Position numbers and translations under genes: made by a program. A stretch of DNA of 64,000 nucleotides, from positions 18,311-82,310 of the forward strand of contig JAHBYA010000002.1 of the NCBI GenBank assembly GCA_019636195.1. Direction: 5' to 3'. Positions 1-9,395 of the stretch are shown here, piece after piece. How positions within the stretch are numbered: position 1 is the first letter of the stretch; every line of letters begins with the position of its first letter. The stretch is from Planctomycetota bacterium (lineage in GTDB: Bacteria; Planctomycetota; UBA8742; UBA2392). The notes beneath the pieces are model-generated. The model saw only the letters and a program-made list of their open reading frames with translations, was not told the DNA's origin and did no database searches.

Positions 1-58
1 AGCGCAACATCAGTATTGCGCTGGGCTCACGCCTGCTTGAGCAGAAGTCTTACAAACC

Positions 59-1174
59 CTACTGAAGCAACGCTTTCAACGCATCAGCGACCTGCCGCGG
101 TTCAATCAACCGCATCAGCTCGCCGGTGTGGTCTTTGGCCGCAGAGTAGCCCGCAGGCCAAGTTTCGCGCGGCGGCTGTAGCACCATGACGCGCTGCTGG
201 CGCGGGTGCGGGCCGGTCCAGCCCGGCTCATTGGGCCCGAACAGCGCCACGGTGGGCACATCCATTGCCAGGCCGCCATGCAGCAGGCCGGTGTCGCCCG
301 AGACGTGCGCCGCGCACAACGGCATCAGCGCGATGTCGCCTTGCAAGCCGAGGCGGGCAACCGCAACGTGGATTTCAGGGGCATCTTTGGTTGCTGCGCG
401 GATTTCCTCGGCGGCGACCTTGTCGTCCGGGCCGCCCACCACGATCACCGGCTTGCCCCGGCCAGCCAACTCAAGCGCCAGTTTTGCCCAGTATTCAGCC
501 GGCCAACGCTTGCGCGGCGCCGATCCTCCAATGTTCAGGGCAATCGCAACGCCGGGCGGGATGTGGAACTCGGCAAGCAGCGCGCGCGCCTTTTCGGACG
601 CCTCGGGCGACGGGTACAGCTCTGTATGCCAGTGCTCGCCCTTGGCGCCGACCGCCTTGCACAGGGCCAGACGGGCGTCAATCGTGTGTGCGCCGCCGGC
701 CTTGTCCGCGGGCGGCAGCGCAACCGAGTACAGCCGGCTGAGGGTGTGGCTGCGATAGCCAACGAGGTGCTTCGCGCCGCCCCACACAATCAGGGGCACG
801 ACGTCGGGGTCGTTCACATGCTGGATGACGGCAACCTCGTATTGGCGCGAGCGCAACTCATGCAGCGTCGCCTGCACCTTCTTGTACTTGCCGTGGTACG
901 TCACGACTTTCGCGATACGCGGGTTGTGCTTGACGAGCCCGACGCGACGCCGGTCAACAAACACGTCAATCTCGGCGTTCGGGAACGACTCGGCCAGATC
1001 GGCAATCGCGGCTGTGCAGAAGATCGTGTCACCGATGCCGGTGGTGTTGGCGACCAGTATGCGCGCGGGGGTGTGGGGCGGCAGCGGAGCAAGTGCGGTA
1101 GGGGGCCTGCGCCAGGCGCGCCAGCGCGCCCATAGCCGCGCAAGGTTGGTTGAAAGCCACGGCGGTTTGCGCAT
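59..1174 (-). CDS. Glycosyltransferase family 9 (ADP-heptose:LPS heptosyltransferase-like)
   Basis: 371-aa ORF with the GT9-type N-terminus (ILVANTTGIGDTIF) and C-terminal GDTGLLHGGLAMDVPTVALFGP motif typical of heptosyltransferases RfaF/WaaC/WaaQ. The start codon is uncertain. Confidence 0.7.
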   Translation of the reverse strand: MRKPPWLSTNLARLWARWRAWRRPPTALAPLPPHTPARILVANTTGIGDTIFCTAAIADLAESFPNAEIDVFVDRRRVGLVKHNPRIAKVVTYHGKYKKVQATLHELRSRQYEVAVIQHVNDPDVVPLIVWGGAKHLVGYRSHTLSRLYSVALPPADKAGGAHTIDARLALCKAVGAKGEHWHTELYPSPEASEKARALLAEFHIPPGVAIALNIGGSAPRKRWPAEYWAKLALELAGRGKPVIVVGGPDDKVAAEEIRAATKDAPEIHVAVARLGLQGDIALMPLCAAHVSGDTGLLHGGLAMDVPTVALFGPNEPGWTGPHPRQQRVMVLQPPRETWPAGYSAAKDHTGELMRLIEPRQVADALKALLQ

Positions 1175-1192
1175 GAAATGGCCGGTGTCGGA

Positions 1193-1858
1193 TTACAGGA
1201 AGCTGTACTTGCACTTGGGGCAGAAGGGCGCGGCAAAGCGCATGTATGTGCCGCAGCGGGTGCACTTCTTGCTGTCACGCTGGAACTGCACTTGCGTGTT
1301 CTTGAGCAGGTCGCTGTCCGGCCACTTCTGGACAGCTTTGGACAGCATGCTGGCGGCCTTCTGGTACTCTTCCTGCATCATGAACAGGTTGATCTTGTCG
1401 TCCACGGCTTCGACGTCGTTGCTGTCAAGCCGCAGCATCATATCCAGAAAGCGGTGGGCCTTGCCGTAGTTGCGCTCGGCGCGGGCCATGATGGCGTGGG
1501 CGCGAATCAGAAGGCGGTGTGCAGGGCGCTTCTTGGCAGCGGCATCCAGGATGGACTTGCCGCGCTTGCGCAGCTCGTCTTCCATCATCGGGCCGGCGCT
1601 GGCCCACACGGTCATACCCAGGCCCCACACCACTGTGCCGGGCTCGTCGCTGTAAGCGGCGTTGATGAACGTCTCGGCAAACTCGCTCTGGCCATCCACG
1701 ATCTCGCGCATTGCCTGCTCGACCTTGATCTTGGCAAGCTCAACCTTGGCCGGGTCGGGCTTGGCATTGCTGGCGGGCAGTTCCATGACGTAACGCCGCC
1801 CGAGCCTCGCAAAGTACTCAAGGTAGCGCACGTCAAATGCTTCAGCGGCTTCGAACAT
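1193..1858 (-). CDS. Hypothetical protein with C-terminal zinc-ribbon (CxxC-x10-CxxC)
   Basis: 221-aa ORF lying 10 bp downstream of the prkA stop on the same strand. The C-terminus is KKCTRCGTYMRFAAPFCPKCKYSF, and the rest is helical with no recognisable catalytic motif. Confidence 0.5.
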   Translation of the reverse strand: MFEAAEAFDVRYLEYFARLGRRYVMELPASNAKPDPAKVELAKIKVEQAMREIVDGQSEFAETFINAAYSDEPGTVVWGLGMTVWASAGPMMEDELRKRGKSILDAAAKKRPAHRLLIRAHAIMARAERNYGKAHRFLDMMLRLDSNDVEAVDDKINLFMMQEEYQKAASMLSKAVQKWPDSDLLKNTQVQFQRDSKKCTRCGTYMRFAAPFCPKCKYSFL

Positions 1859-1867
1859 ATGCGGTGA

Positions 1868-3928
1868 TCAGTCCTTCAGGTCTCCGCGGGCGAAGATGCT
1901 GGCGACGAAGTTCAGCAAGTCGGTCGCGCTGGTGTCGTTGTAGCCGTAGCGGTCGATCAGGCGTTGCTTGACCACGTCGATCTTGGCCTGCGTTTCCTTG
2001 TCCACGACGTTGCTGACCAGGCTTGTCAGCTTGATGCTGTCCTTCTGGTCTTCGAACAGCTTGAGTTCCAGCGCCCGATGCAGGCGCTCATTGGTCTTGT
2101 AGTCAAACGTCTTGCCTTCAAGGGCGAGCGCGCCGATGTAGTTCATGATCTCGCGCCGGAAGTCGTCCTTGCGGCTGTCGCTGACGTCAATCTTTTCCTC
2201 GATGCTGCGCATGAAGCGCTCATCGGGCTCTTCCATTTCGCCGGTGTACTTGTTGCGCACGCGCTCGCGCTGGGTGTAGGCCTTGACGTGGTCGATGTAG
2301 TTGCTGCACAGCCGCGCAATCGCTTCCTCGTCGGCGCTGATCGCCCGCTGGACCTCGTTCTTGGCGATCTCTTCGTACTCCTGGCGGACCACGCCCAGCA
2401 GCTCTTTGTACTTCTTCTTGATTTCCTCGCTGCTGATCAACGAGTGGTGCTTCAGGCCCTCTTCCAGCTCGTTCATCACCATGAACGGGTTGACGGTGTC
2501 GGTGTTGGGGTAGTTCACGATCGCGTTGCTGATCTTGTCCTGGATGTAGCGGGGGCTGATCCCGCGCATGCCTTCTTCGCGGGCCTCTGCGCGCAACTCG
2601 CGCACGTTGTCCTCGGTCATGCCCGGCACGCTCTTGCCGTTGTACAACTTCAGCTTCTGCAGCAGCGTCAAGCCGCTGCGCTTGGGTTCTTCAAGCCTTG
2701 TCAGGATCGCCCACATCGCCGCGATCTCGATGGTGTGCGGCGCGATGTGCTTGACGACGCGGGCCTTGGTGAAGTCCTTCTCGTAGATCTTGATCTCGTG
2801 GTCCAGAACCGTGTTGTACGGAATGTCAATCTTCACTGTGCGGTCGCGGAAGGCCTCCATCAACTCGTTGCTTTGCAGACGGCGGTACTCCGGCTCGTTG
2901 GTGTGGCCGACAATGACTTCGTCAATATCCGTCTGCGGGAACTTCTTGGGCTTGATGGCGTGTTCCTGGCTGGCGCCCAGCAGGTCATACAGGAAGGCGA
3001 CATCCAGCTTCAGCACTTCAATGAACTCGACGATGCCGCGGTTGGCGACGCAGAACTCGCCGTCAAAGTTGAAAGCGCGCGGGTCACTGTCCACACCATA
3101 AAAGGCAATCTTGCGGTAGTTGACGTCGCCGGTCAGTTCCGTGGCGTCCTGGTTTTTTTCGTCTTTGGGCTGGAACGTACCAATGCCCACGCGGTCCTTT
3201 TCACTGATGACCAGGCGCTTGACGACGATGTACTTGTCGATGACCTCACGCCAGTTGCCGTCGTGCCTGGCAAGCAGGTCCGCCATGATCTTGCGCGACA
3301 GCGGGTCTAGGTCGCCTTCCACGCGCAGCTTGTATGTGAGCTTGCTGCCGGCGTTGATCTGGTCCAGCAGCTTCTGGCGAGCCTCGCGCGGGATCAGCTT
3401 GATCGGGTCCTCGTGCATCGGGCTCCAGATCACGTCCGCGCCCGTTACTTCATCCTTGATCTTCCAGCCGAAGGTGTAAAGGCGGCCGTCATCGGTGCGG
3501 CAGTAGCGTTCGAGCCCGCGCTTGAGCAACCGGGCAATGGTGGACTTGGCGCTGCCGACCGGCCCGTGCAGCAGCAGCACGCGCTTTTCAGTGCCGAAGT
3601 TGTGGGCCGCCGACTTGAAGTGGCTGACCAGTTGCATGAGCTGCTTCTCAATGCCGAAGATCGCGTCCTGGCCCTCATTGAACGGGTCAGAAAAGAAGTT
3701 GTAGCGGACCAGCGTTTCCTTGAACTGCTTGAACTCTTTGGTGCCGTGCGAAAGCACCATGTCGTACACGCGCTGGTGGGCGTTGCGCGCGACGCGGGGG
3801 TCATCCATGACCAGTTTCAGGTAGTCATTGAAGCTGCCCTCCCAGCGCAAGTCGTGCAACAGCCGCACTTCGGGGCTATCGGCGATCGCGTCAAGGATGG
3901 ACGCTACGTCTGTCGTTTTCTTTGCCAT
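1868..3928 (-). CDS. prkA: PrkA family serine protein kinase (YeaG-like, AAA+ N-domain)
   Basis: 686 aa with Walker [14 protein letters not shown] and full-length colinearity with the PrkA/YeaG architecture. Confidence 0.9.
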   Translation of the reverse strand: MAKKTTDVASILDAIADSPEVRLLHDLRWEGSFNDYLKLVMDDPRVARNAHQRVYDMVLSHGTKEFKQFKETLVRYNFFSDPFNEGQDAIFGIEKQLMQLVSHFKSAAHNFGTEKRVLLLHGPVGSAKSTIARLLKRGLERYCRTDDGRLYTFGWKIKDEVTGADVIWSPMHEDPIKLIPREARQKLLDQINAGSKLTYKLRVEGDLDPLSRKIMADLLARHDGNWREVIDKYIVVKRLVISEKDRVGIGTFQPKDEKNQDATELTGDVNYRKIAFYGVDSDPRAFNFDGEFCVANRGIVEFIEVLKLDVAFLYDLLGASQEHAIKPKKFPQTDIDEVIVGHTNEPEYRRLQSNELMEAFRDRTVKIDIPYNTVLDHEIKIYEKDFTKARVVKHIAPHTIEIAAMWAILTRLEEPKRSGLTLLQKLKLYNGKSVPGMTEDNVRELRAEAREEGMRGISPRYIQDKISNAIVNYPNTDTVNPFMVMNELEEGLKHHSLISSEEIKKKYKELLGVVRQEYEEIAKNEVQRAISADEEAIARLCSNYIDHVKAYTQRERVRNKYTGEMEEPDERFMRSIEEKIDVSDSRKDDFRREIMNYIGALALEGKTFDYKTNERLHRALELKLFEDQKDSIKLTSLVSNVVDKETQAKIDVVKQRLIDRYGYNDTSATDLLNFVASIFARGDLKD

Positions 3929-4026
3929 GCCTCAAGCTCTCCCGGCCAACCAACAGTCTAGCAGCAACATCAAAAACCGCCCACCCGTGGAAACAAGTGG
4001 GAAACTCGCCCCCATCCGCCATCGCC

Positions 4027-4860
4027 CTACTTCTGACGCGACCGCGGGTCAAGCCAGTCCCGCAATCCATCGCCCAGCAAGTTGAAACCCAGCACGGTGC
4101 CCAGAATGCATGCCCCAGCCACGCCAACCTGAAAACTACCCTGGGTAGGAGAGTTCCAGCCGGCTTTCAGTATCAGTCCCCACTCCGGGTCAAAGGGGTC
4201 GCCGCCCAGACCCAGAAACGCGAGGCCCGCCACGTCGAGGATGGCCCCGCCCATGCCCAGCGTTGCAAGCACAATCAGCGGCGTCAGGCAGTTGGGCAGC
4301 ACATGCCGCAACATGATGCGCAAGTGCGAATAGCCCAGTGCCCGCGCTGACTCGATGAATTCCATCGACTTGATTCGCAGCACCTCAGCGCGCATCTGCC
4401 GTGCGAACAACGGCGCGCCCACAATGCCCACGGCCAGCACCAGGTTGTCCAGCGACTTGCCCAGCAGCGCGACCATTACCACTGCCAGCAGAAAGCTGGG
4501 AAAGCTCATCATGAAATCGACCACGCGCATCAGCGCAAGGTCAACCCACCAGCCCACGTACCCGGCGACTGCGCCCAGCGCGCCCCCGATCGTCAACGAC
4601 AGCAGCGTGGCCAGCAGCGCAATGCGTAACGTGGTGCGCGCACCGTACACCACGCGCGACAGCAAATCGTAACCCTGACCATCAAGGCCCAGCGGATGGC
4701 CAGACGACGGAGACGCGAAAAACTCATACGAGACACTTTCGCGCGGGCCCCACGGCGTCAGTAACGGTGCTGCCAGCGCGGCAAACACAACCAGCAGCAC
4801 CAGCAGCGCGCCCGCCTGCGCCGGCCTGTGTCGCATGAAGAACTTGAGCGTGTCCTTCAT
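4027..4860 (-). CDS. ABC transporter permease, DppC/OppC family
   Basis: 277 aa, multi-TM, with the binding-protein-dependent transport signature region (ESARALGYSHLRIMLRHVLPN). Confidence 0.85.
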   Translation of the reverse strand: MKDTLKFFMRHRPAQAGALLVLLVVFAALAAPLLTPWGPRESVSYEFFASPSSGHPLGLDGQGYDLLSRVVYGARTTLRIALLATLLSLTIGGALGAVAGYVGWWVDLALMRVVDFMMSFPSFLLAVVMVALLGKSLDNLVLAVGIVGAPLFARQMRAEVLRIKSMEFIESARALGYSHLRIMLRHVLPNCLTPLIVLATLGMGGAILDVAGLAFLGLGGDPFDPEWGLILKAGWNSPTQGSFQVGVAGACILGTVLGFNLLGDGLRDWLDPRSRQK

Positions 4861-5882
4861 TATCCCGCCCCCTTGTGCCGCAGGCGCGGGTCAATGATCG
4901 AATAGCTGATGTCCGTGAGCAGGTTCACGACAACAAAGAACGTCGCGATCAGCAGCACGCTTGCTTGCAGCGGCTTGCCGTCAAGGATGATCACGGCCTG
5001 CACGACATAAGTGCCCAGGCCGGGCCACGAGAAGATCGTCTCGGTCAACACTGCGCCGCCCAGCATGTACCCGAACTGAGTGCCGATACTGGTAATCACC
5101 GGGATCAGCGCGTTACGCATGGCATGGCGAATCACCACCGGCGTCATCGCAAGGCCTTTGGCGCGGGCCGTGCGGATGTAGTCCTGGCTGAGCACTTCCA
5201 GCATGTTGGCGCGGGTCATGCGCGCGATCAGCGCCGTGGGCACGGTCGCCAGCACGAACGCCGGCAGCGTCAAGTGGTGCAGAAGCTCCAGCGTGAGTTC
5301 AGGACTGCCATAGGTGAAGATTGCCTCGGCAATGAAGAAGCCCGTGTCCGGCTCAAAGCCCTGCCAGTTGGCCGCGTTGTAACGCCCGCCGAACGGCAGC
5401 AGGCCCAGCTTTCCTGCCATCATCTGCTGCGCAAGAAAGCCCAGCCAGAAGATCGGCATGCTTACGCCGATCAGGGCAATACCCAGGCAAGCGAAGTCCA
5501 CAACACTGCGTGGCTTGACGGATGCCAGAACCCCGAGGCTGATACCGACAATGCTGGCGATGATCATGGCCGCCAGCGCCAGCTCAATGGTGGCGGGCAC
5601 CCGCATGACCAGTTCGTCGGCGACGGGTCGGCCCGAAAAAAAGCTGCGCCCGAAGTCGCCCCTCAAAACGTTGCCAAGAAAGTCAATGTACTGGATGTGC
5701 AGGGGGCGATTCAGGCCAAGCTCTTCACGTACCTGGGCCATGGCCTCGGGTGTGGCTTCCTGCCCCAACAGCACAGCCGTTGGATCGCCGGGCAGCAAGT
5801 GCAGCAACAGGAAGCTCGCGATGCTGATGGCAAGCAGCATCGGCACGGCGGCAAGCAGTCGTCGCAGAATGTGGCTGAGCAT
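4860..5882 (-). CDS. ABC transporter permease, DppB/OppB family
   Basis: ORF 4860..5927, with the probable start at the internal Met (MLSHILRRLLAAVPMLL). Contains the EAA-like motif (IRTARAKGL). Overlaps the downstream dppC-like gene by 1 nt. Confidence 0.85.
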   Translation of the reverse strand: MLSHILRRLLAAVPMLLAISIASFLLLHLLPGDPTAVLLGQEATPEAMAQVREELGLNRPLHIQYIDFLGNVLRGDFGRSFFSGRPVADELVMRVPATIELALAAMIIASIVGISLGVLASVKPRSVVDFACLGIALIGVSMPIFWLGFLAQQMMAGKLGLLPFGGRYNAANWQGFEPDTGFFIAEAIFTYGSPELTLELLHHLTLPAFVLATVPTALIARMTRANMLEVLSQDYIRTARAKGLAMTPVVIRHAMRNALIPVITSIGTQFGYMLGGAVLTETIFSWPGLGTYVVQAVIILDGKPLQASVLLIATFFVVVNLLTDISYSIIDPRLRHKGAG

Positions 5883-5940
5883 GAGCGCGGAATTGTAGGG
5901 ACGGGCCGCGATGTTGTCGCGGCCCATCCCCCGTTACTGG

Positions 5941-7578
5941 CTAATCCTCAAAGTACGCCTTGTGGAATCGGAACGTGCCCGTCGAGTCCACTTCAACGCC
6001 CTTGAGGTTGCTGACCCACGCGTAGCTCTGCTCGGCTGAAACCAGCGGCACCATGGGCCGGAACTCGTCGTGGACCCACTTTTCCAGCTCGTAGTACAGC
6101 TCGGCGCGCTTCTTCAAGTCGGTTTCAACGCCCGCGGCGTCAACCTTTTTGGCCACGTCGGCGTGGTAAAAGCGCGTGTTGTTGTTGCCCGCGGGCTTGC
6201 CGTCAACGCCTGAAAGCAGCGGACCCCAGAAGTTGTGGGGCTCGCCGGTGTCCCCCATCCAGCCGATCAGCACCAGCGGGTATTCGCCCTTGTTCACGCG
6301 CTCGGTCAGTTGCGCCAGCGGGGCCTTGTCCAGCACCACCTTCAGCCCGACTTCGGCAAGCTGCTGCTGGATAAAGTTCGCCACTTCGTCCGGGTACAGC
6401 AGGTATGGGCGCGCCGTGTCTGGCAGGTACATCTTCAGTTCCTTGCCCTCAGCCCCGGCGTCCTTGACCAGTTTGCGGGCGCGCTCAAGCGCTTCGGCGC
6501 GAGGCGTACTGTCAGCCTTCGGCCTATAGCCCTTGGGGTGACCAAGCATGGTGGGGGGTATCAACACGTGCTGCGGCTTAGCGCGCCCCGCAAACTTGGC
6601 GACAAATGGCTGGCGGTCAATCGCCAGCGCAATCGCCTCGCGCACATCGCGGTTACTGGTGATGTGGCCGTCGGAGGGCAGGCAGTTCATCGCCAGGTAG
6701 CACAAGTTCTGACCTTGCCACGTGTACAGGGTGACTTTCGGGTTCTTTTCGATGCTCTCCCAGTCCGGCGGATCCAGGCTGTCAATGAAGTGCACGTCGC
6801 CGGCCAGCACGCGCTGGGTGCGGGTGCGCATGTCGGTCTGGGTCTGGAAAACAATCTGCTCAACCTTCGGCGCGCCGCCGTGGTAGCCGTCGAAGGCCAC
6901 AAGCGTGATGTCGGTACCGTCTTTGTAGCCGCCCTTGATGGTGTAGGGCCCCGTTCCGGCTGGGTTGCTTGTGATCCATGCTTTGCGTTCTTCGACCTTG
7001 AGTGTGGCAAGGTGCTCAATCGCAAGCGGGCTGATGATCATGGCGCTGTGGATGCCCAGCGTGCCAAGAAAGCGCGGGTTGGGCGACTTGTGTGTGACAA
7101 CGACGGTGGTGTCGTCGGTTGTCTCGACCGACTTGATGTCTTTGAAGTAGCTGTCGCGGTAGGGGCGCTCAGTGGGGCGTGCAGGGTGGTTTTCCACGAC
7201 CATGCGGTCCAGCGACTTCTTTACAGCATGCGCGTCAAGGTCTGCGCCGTCATGGAACTTGATGCCCTTCTTGATCTTGAAGGTATATACCGTGTGATCG
7301 GCGCTAATCGTCCAGTCCTCAGCCAGCCCCTTTTTCTCCCAGACGACTTCTGCGGTGCCGACGCTGGCGCTGACAAGGTGCTCGTACATCATCGACAGCA
7401 CGCGCACGTCGCCGCCGCTGCTGGTGCTGTGCGGGTCCAGATTGTCGGACTTGTCAGAGCGCAGCACGAGTATGGACTTGCCCGCCCCGACTTTCTTCAG
7501 GCCCGAATTGCCGCCGCCGCATGCCGAAACGCCAAGCACAAGCGCCGCAAATGCGGCCAGCCACAACAGTCGCGTCAT
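5941..7578 (-). CDS. ABC transporter substrate-binding lipoprotein, family 5 (DppA/OppA-like)
   Basis: Start taken at MTRLLWLAAFAALVLGVSACGGG (lipobox signal). About 545 aa with SBP family-5 hallmarks. Confidence 0.85.
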   Translation of the reverse strand: MTRLLWLAAFAALVLGVSACGGGNSGLKKVGAGKSILVLRSDKSDNLDPHSTSSGGDVRVLSMMYEHLVSASVGTAEVVWEKKGLAEDWTISADHTVYTFKIKKGIKFHDGADLDAHAVKKSLDRMVVENHPARPTERPYRDSYFKDIKSVETTDDTTVVVTHKSPNPRFLGTLGIHSAMIISPLAIEHLATLKVEERKAWITSNPAGTGPYTIKGGYKDGTDITLVAFDGYHGGAPKVEQIVFQTQTDMRTRTQRVLAGDVHFIDSLDPPDWESIEKNPKVTLYTWQGQNLCYLAMNCLPSDGHITSNRDVREAIALAIDRQPFVAKFAGRAKPQHVLIPPTMLGHPKGYRPKADSTPRAEALERARKLVKDAGAEGKELKMYLPDTARPYLLYPDEVANFIQQQLAEVGLKVVLDKAPLAQLTERVNKGEYPLVLIGWMGDTGEPHNFWGPLLSGVDGKPAGNNNTRFYHADVAKKVDAAGVETDLKKRAELYYELEKWVHDEFRPMVPLVSAEQSYAWVSNLKGVEVDSTGTFRFHKAYFED

Positions 7579-7656
7579 TGTACACCTCGTGAAGGGGGCC
7601 ACCCTTTTACGAACATTCGCGCCAAAGGGGCAAGCAGAATGGGCCCTGCCTCGGCT

Positions 7657-8325
7657 TTACCCCGTCGCTGGCGCTCCGGGCTCTTGTTTCTTGATGCCGA
7701 GGGATTCTTCCAGGCTTGCTACACGAGCTTCCAGGGCCGCGATGCGCTCTTCGAGAGCGCTGGTTTGGCTGGTGGGGGGCGTGGTGGGGGAGACGCGGGT
7801 GCTGGCAAAAGCCTCGGCCTGCGGGGCTTCTGCGGGCGGATAGAAGCAGTGCGCCCAGATTACGCCTCGGGCGCGGTTGGGGTCGCTTACGCGCCTTGCC
7901 AGCGGCTTTTCGCGTTCACTTAGGCTTTGAAGTACCTGGTGCAAAGCGGGCAGATCGTTAATCGCCGCCATGCGGCTTGCGCGCTGGCGCAACTCGCCCT
8001 CGGTTTGCGGGCCGCGCAGCAGCAACTCGCTGATCACCGCCGCCTGCGGCGGCGTGAGGTCAAGCAACGCCACCAAGGCCTCTTCCCACTTGCTCACGCG
8101 GGCGCCGGCGCCGAAAAATTCTGTCACCATGCTGCGGCGTTTCAGCGCGTTGCAAGTGTCCAGAACTTCCTGGTCAGTGTAGCTGGTTTCGGGGTCGCGG
8201 GCGGACTTCTGGTTACAGCCGTTGGTTAGGGCATTAAGCGACAGCGGGTAGTGCTGCGGCGTTGTCAGCGACTTTTCAATCAGCGTGCCGATCACCCGGC
8301 GTTCAATAGCATTGAGTGTTTCCAT
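7657..8325 (-). CDS. YceH/DUF480 (UPF0502) family protein
   Basis: Start at METLNAIERRVIGTLIEKSLTTP, colinear with E. coli YceH ([26 protein letters not shown]), with a C-terminal coiled coil (ALEARVASLEESL). Confidence 0.75.
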   Translation of the reverse strand: METLNAIERRVIGTLIEKSLTTPQHYPLSLNALTNGCNQKSARDPETSYTDQEVLDTCNALKRRSMVTEFFGAGARVSKWEEALVALLDLTPPQAAVISELLLRGPQTEGELRQRASRMAAINDLPALHQVLQSLSEREKPLARRVSDPNRARGVIWAHCFYPPAEAPQAEAFASTRVSPTTPPTSQTSALEERIAALEARVASLEESLGIKKQEPGAPATG

Positions 8326-8405
8326 GGCGCGGAAACTAGCAAGGCGTGGGGGAGTCGCAAAAGAAAAGGCGCGGCACAAGGCCGCGCCTTTGGACATTGC
8401 GTACT

Positions 8406-9383
8406 TCAGTTGTAGCGCTTGGCCAACTCGGCGGCTTCTTTGCCGGCTGGTGTCTCCGGGTACTTCTTGGCGATTTTTTCAAGTTCCTTGCGGGCATTGG
8501 CGGGCTTCATGTCTTCGAGTTTGGGCCGCAGCTTCTCAAGGTCGGTGGCCGCGCTATTGCAGTCCTTGTATTCCTTGGACTTCTTGAGCTCCTTGGCTTC
8601 CGTGTCCCATGTGCCGCCGATTTCGCTGCCCTTGAACTTGGCCGCGCCTTCTTCAAGCGCCTTGACCTGTGCCACGCGATCGCCCGCCGCGGACGCGCCT
8701 TCAACCTTGTTCTTGGTCAGGTTGACGTGCTTATTCAAAAGGCCCATCAGGTAGTCTGCGTCCGCCTTGACCAGCTCGTCCGTCGCACTCTCGGCAACGA
8801 TCTTAGTCTCATTCAACGACTTGCCGTACTCGCCCTTGTCGAAGGCCTTGACCGCGCCGTTGAGTTCTTTGGCCAATTCCTTGTCCACCTTGGTGGGGGC
8901 CAGGCTGGCAACCCACTCGGTCACTTTCTCGGCGGTGACGCCGCTGGGGTGGCCCTTGTAGATGCACTTTCCGTCGGCATCGAGCACCCAGCTGTGGGGG
9001 ATGCCGCGCGTTTCGTAAAGCTTGCTGATGTCAGCCTTGACTACGCCGAAGGTGGGTTTCTTGGCGTCGATCATCTTGCTCTGGATCAGGGCGGCGTCCT
9101 CACTGCTCACAGCCACGATCTCAAAGCCCTTGTCCCGAAACTTGTCCGTCAGCTCCTGTAGATGGGGAACCCCCGTCATGCAGGGCCCTCACCAGGTTGC
9201 CCAGCGCTCGATCATGACCACTTTGCCGCGGTACTGGTCGAGTTCCGTGAATCCCTGTGGCACGTTCCAGCTCTTGTCGAACTTGAAGTTGGCACCCTGG
9301 TCGCCCACCTCGACACCGGCATGCAGGACTCCCGCACCCAGCGCCAACGACAACAGCAGTGCAAATGCACCCATCCTATACAT
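8406..9383 (-). CDS. TlpA/ResA-like thioredoxin-fold thiol:disulfide oxidoreductase with in-frame TGA at the CxxC position (candidate selenoprotein), plus a Lys/Glu/Ala-rich C-terminal extension
   Basis: Two ORFs (9189..9383 and 8406..9179) are in the same frame, separated only by TGA at 9189..9191. Read through, the protein is signal peptide ...GKVVMIERWATW-[TGA]-GPC-MTGVPHLQELTDKFRDKGFEIVAVSSED...IPHSWVLDADGKCIYKGH, so the TGA replaces the first Cys of the WCGPC-type motif. A GC hairpin (GGGG-GUU-CCCC core with bulged U) starts about 8-17 nt 3' of the UGA. Confidence 0.6.
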
Positions 9384-9395
9384 GACTTCTCCCAG

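Noticed and set aside
206-1135. Long + strand ORFs overlapping the GT9 gene (206..1135, 265..741)
   Set aside because: Arg/Ala/Gly-rich low-complexity translations that mirror a real gene on the other strand. Typical high-GC shadow ORFs.
1964-3310. 448-aa + strand ORF inside prkA
   Set aside because: Antisense shadow of prkA with no motifs and a Leu/Val/Asp-biased composition from the reverse frame.
4875-7923. 376-aa and 562-aa + strand ORFs opposite dppB/dppA
   Set aside because: Shadow ORFs rich in Arg/His/Gln. The real genes are on the minus strand with clear ABC-transporter motifs.
8346-9161. 271-aa + strand ORF opposite the thioredoxin-like gene
   Set aside because: Antisense shadow. 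The minus-strand frame carries clear TlpA homology.
9189-9191. Interpreting the TGA in the thioredoxin-like gene as a pseudogene-forming nonsense mutation or frameshift
   Set aside because: Both halves stay in one frame with intact homology, and the TGA sits exactly on the catalytic Cys codon of CxxC. That is the signature position for Sec. Pseudogene remains the alternative if no Sec machinery exists.
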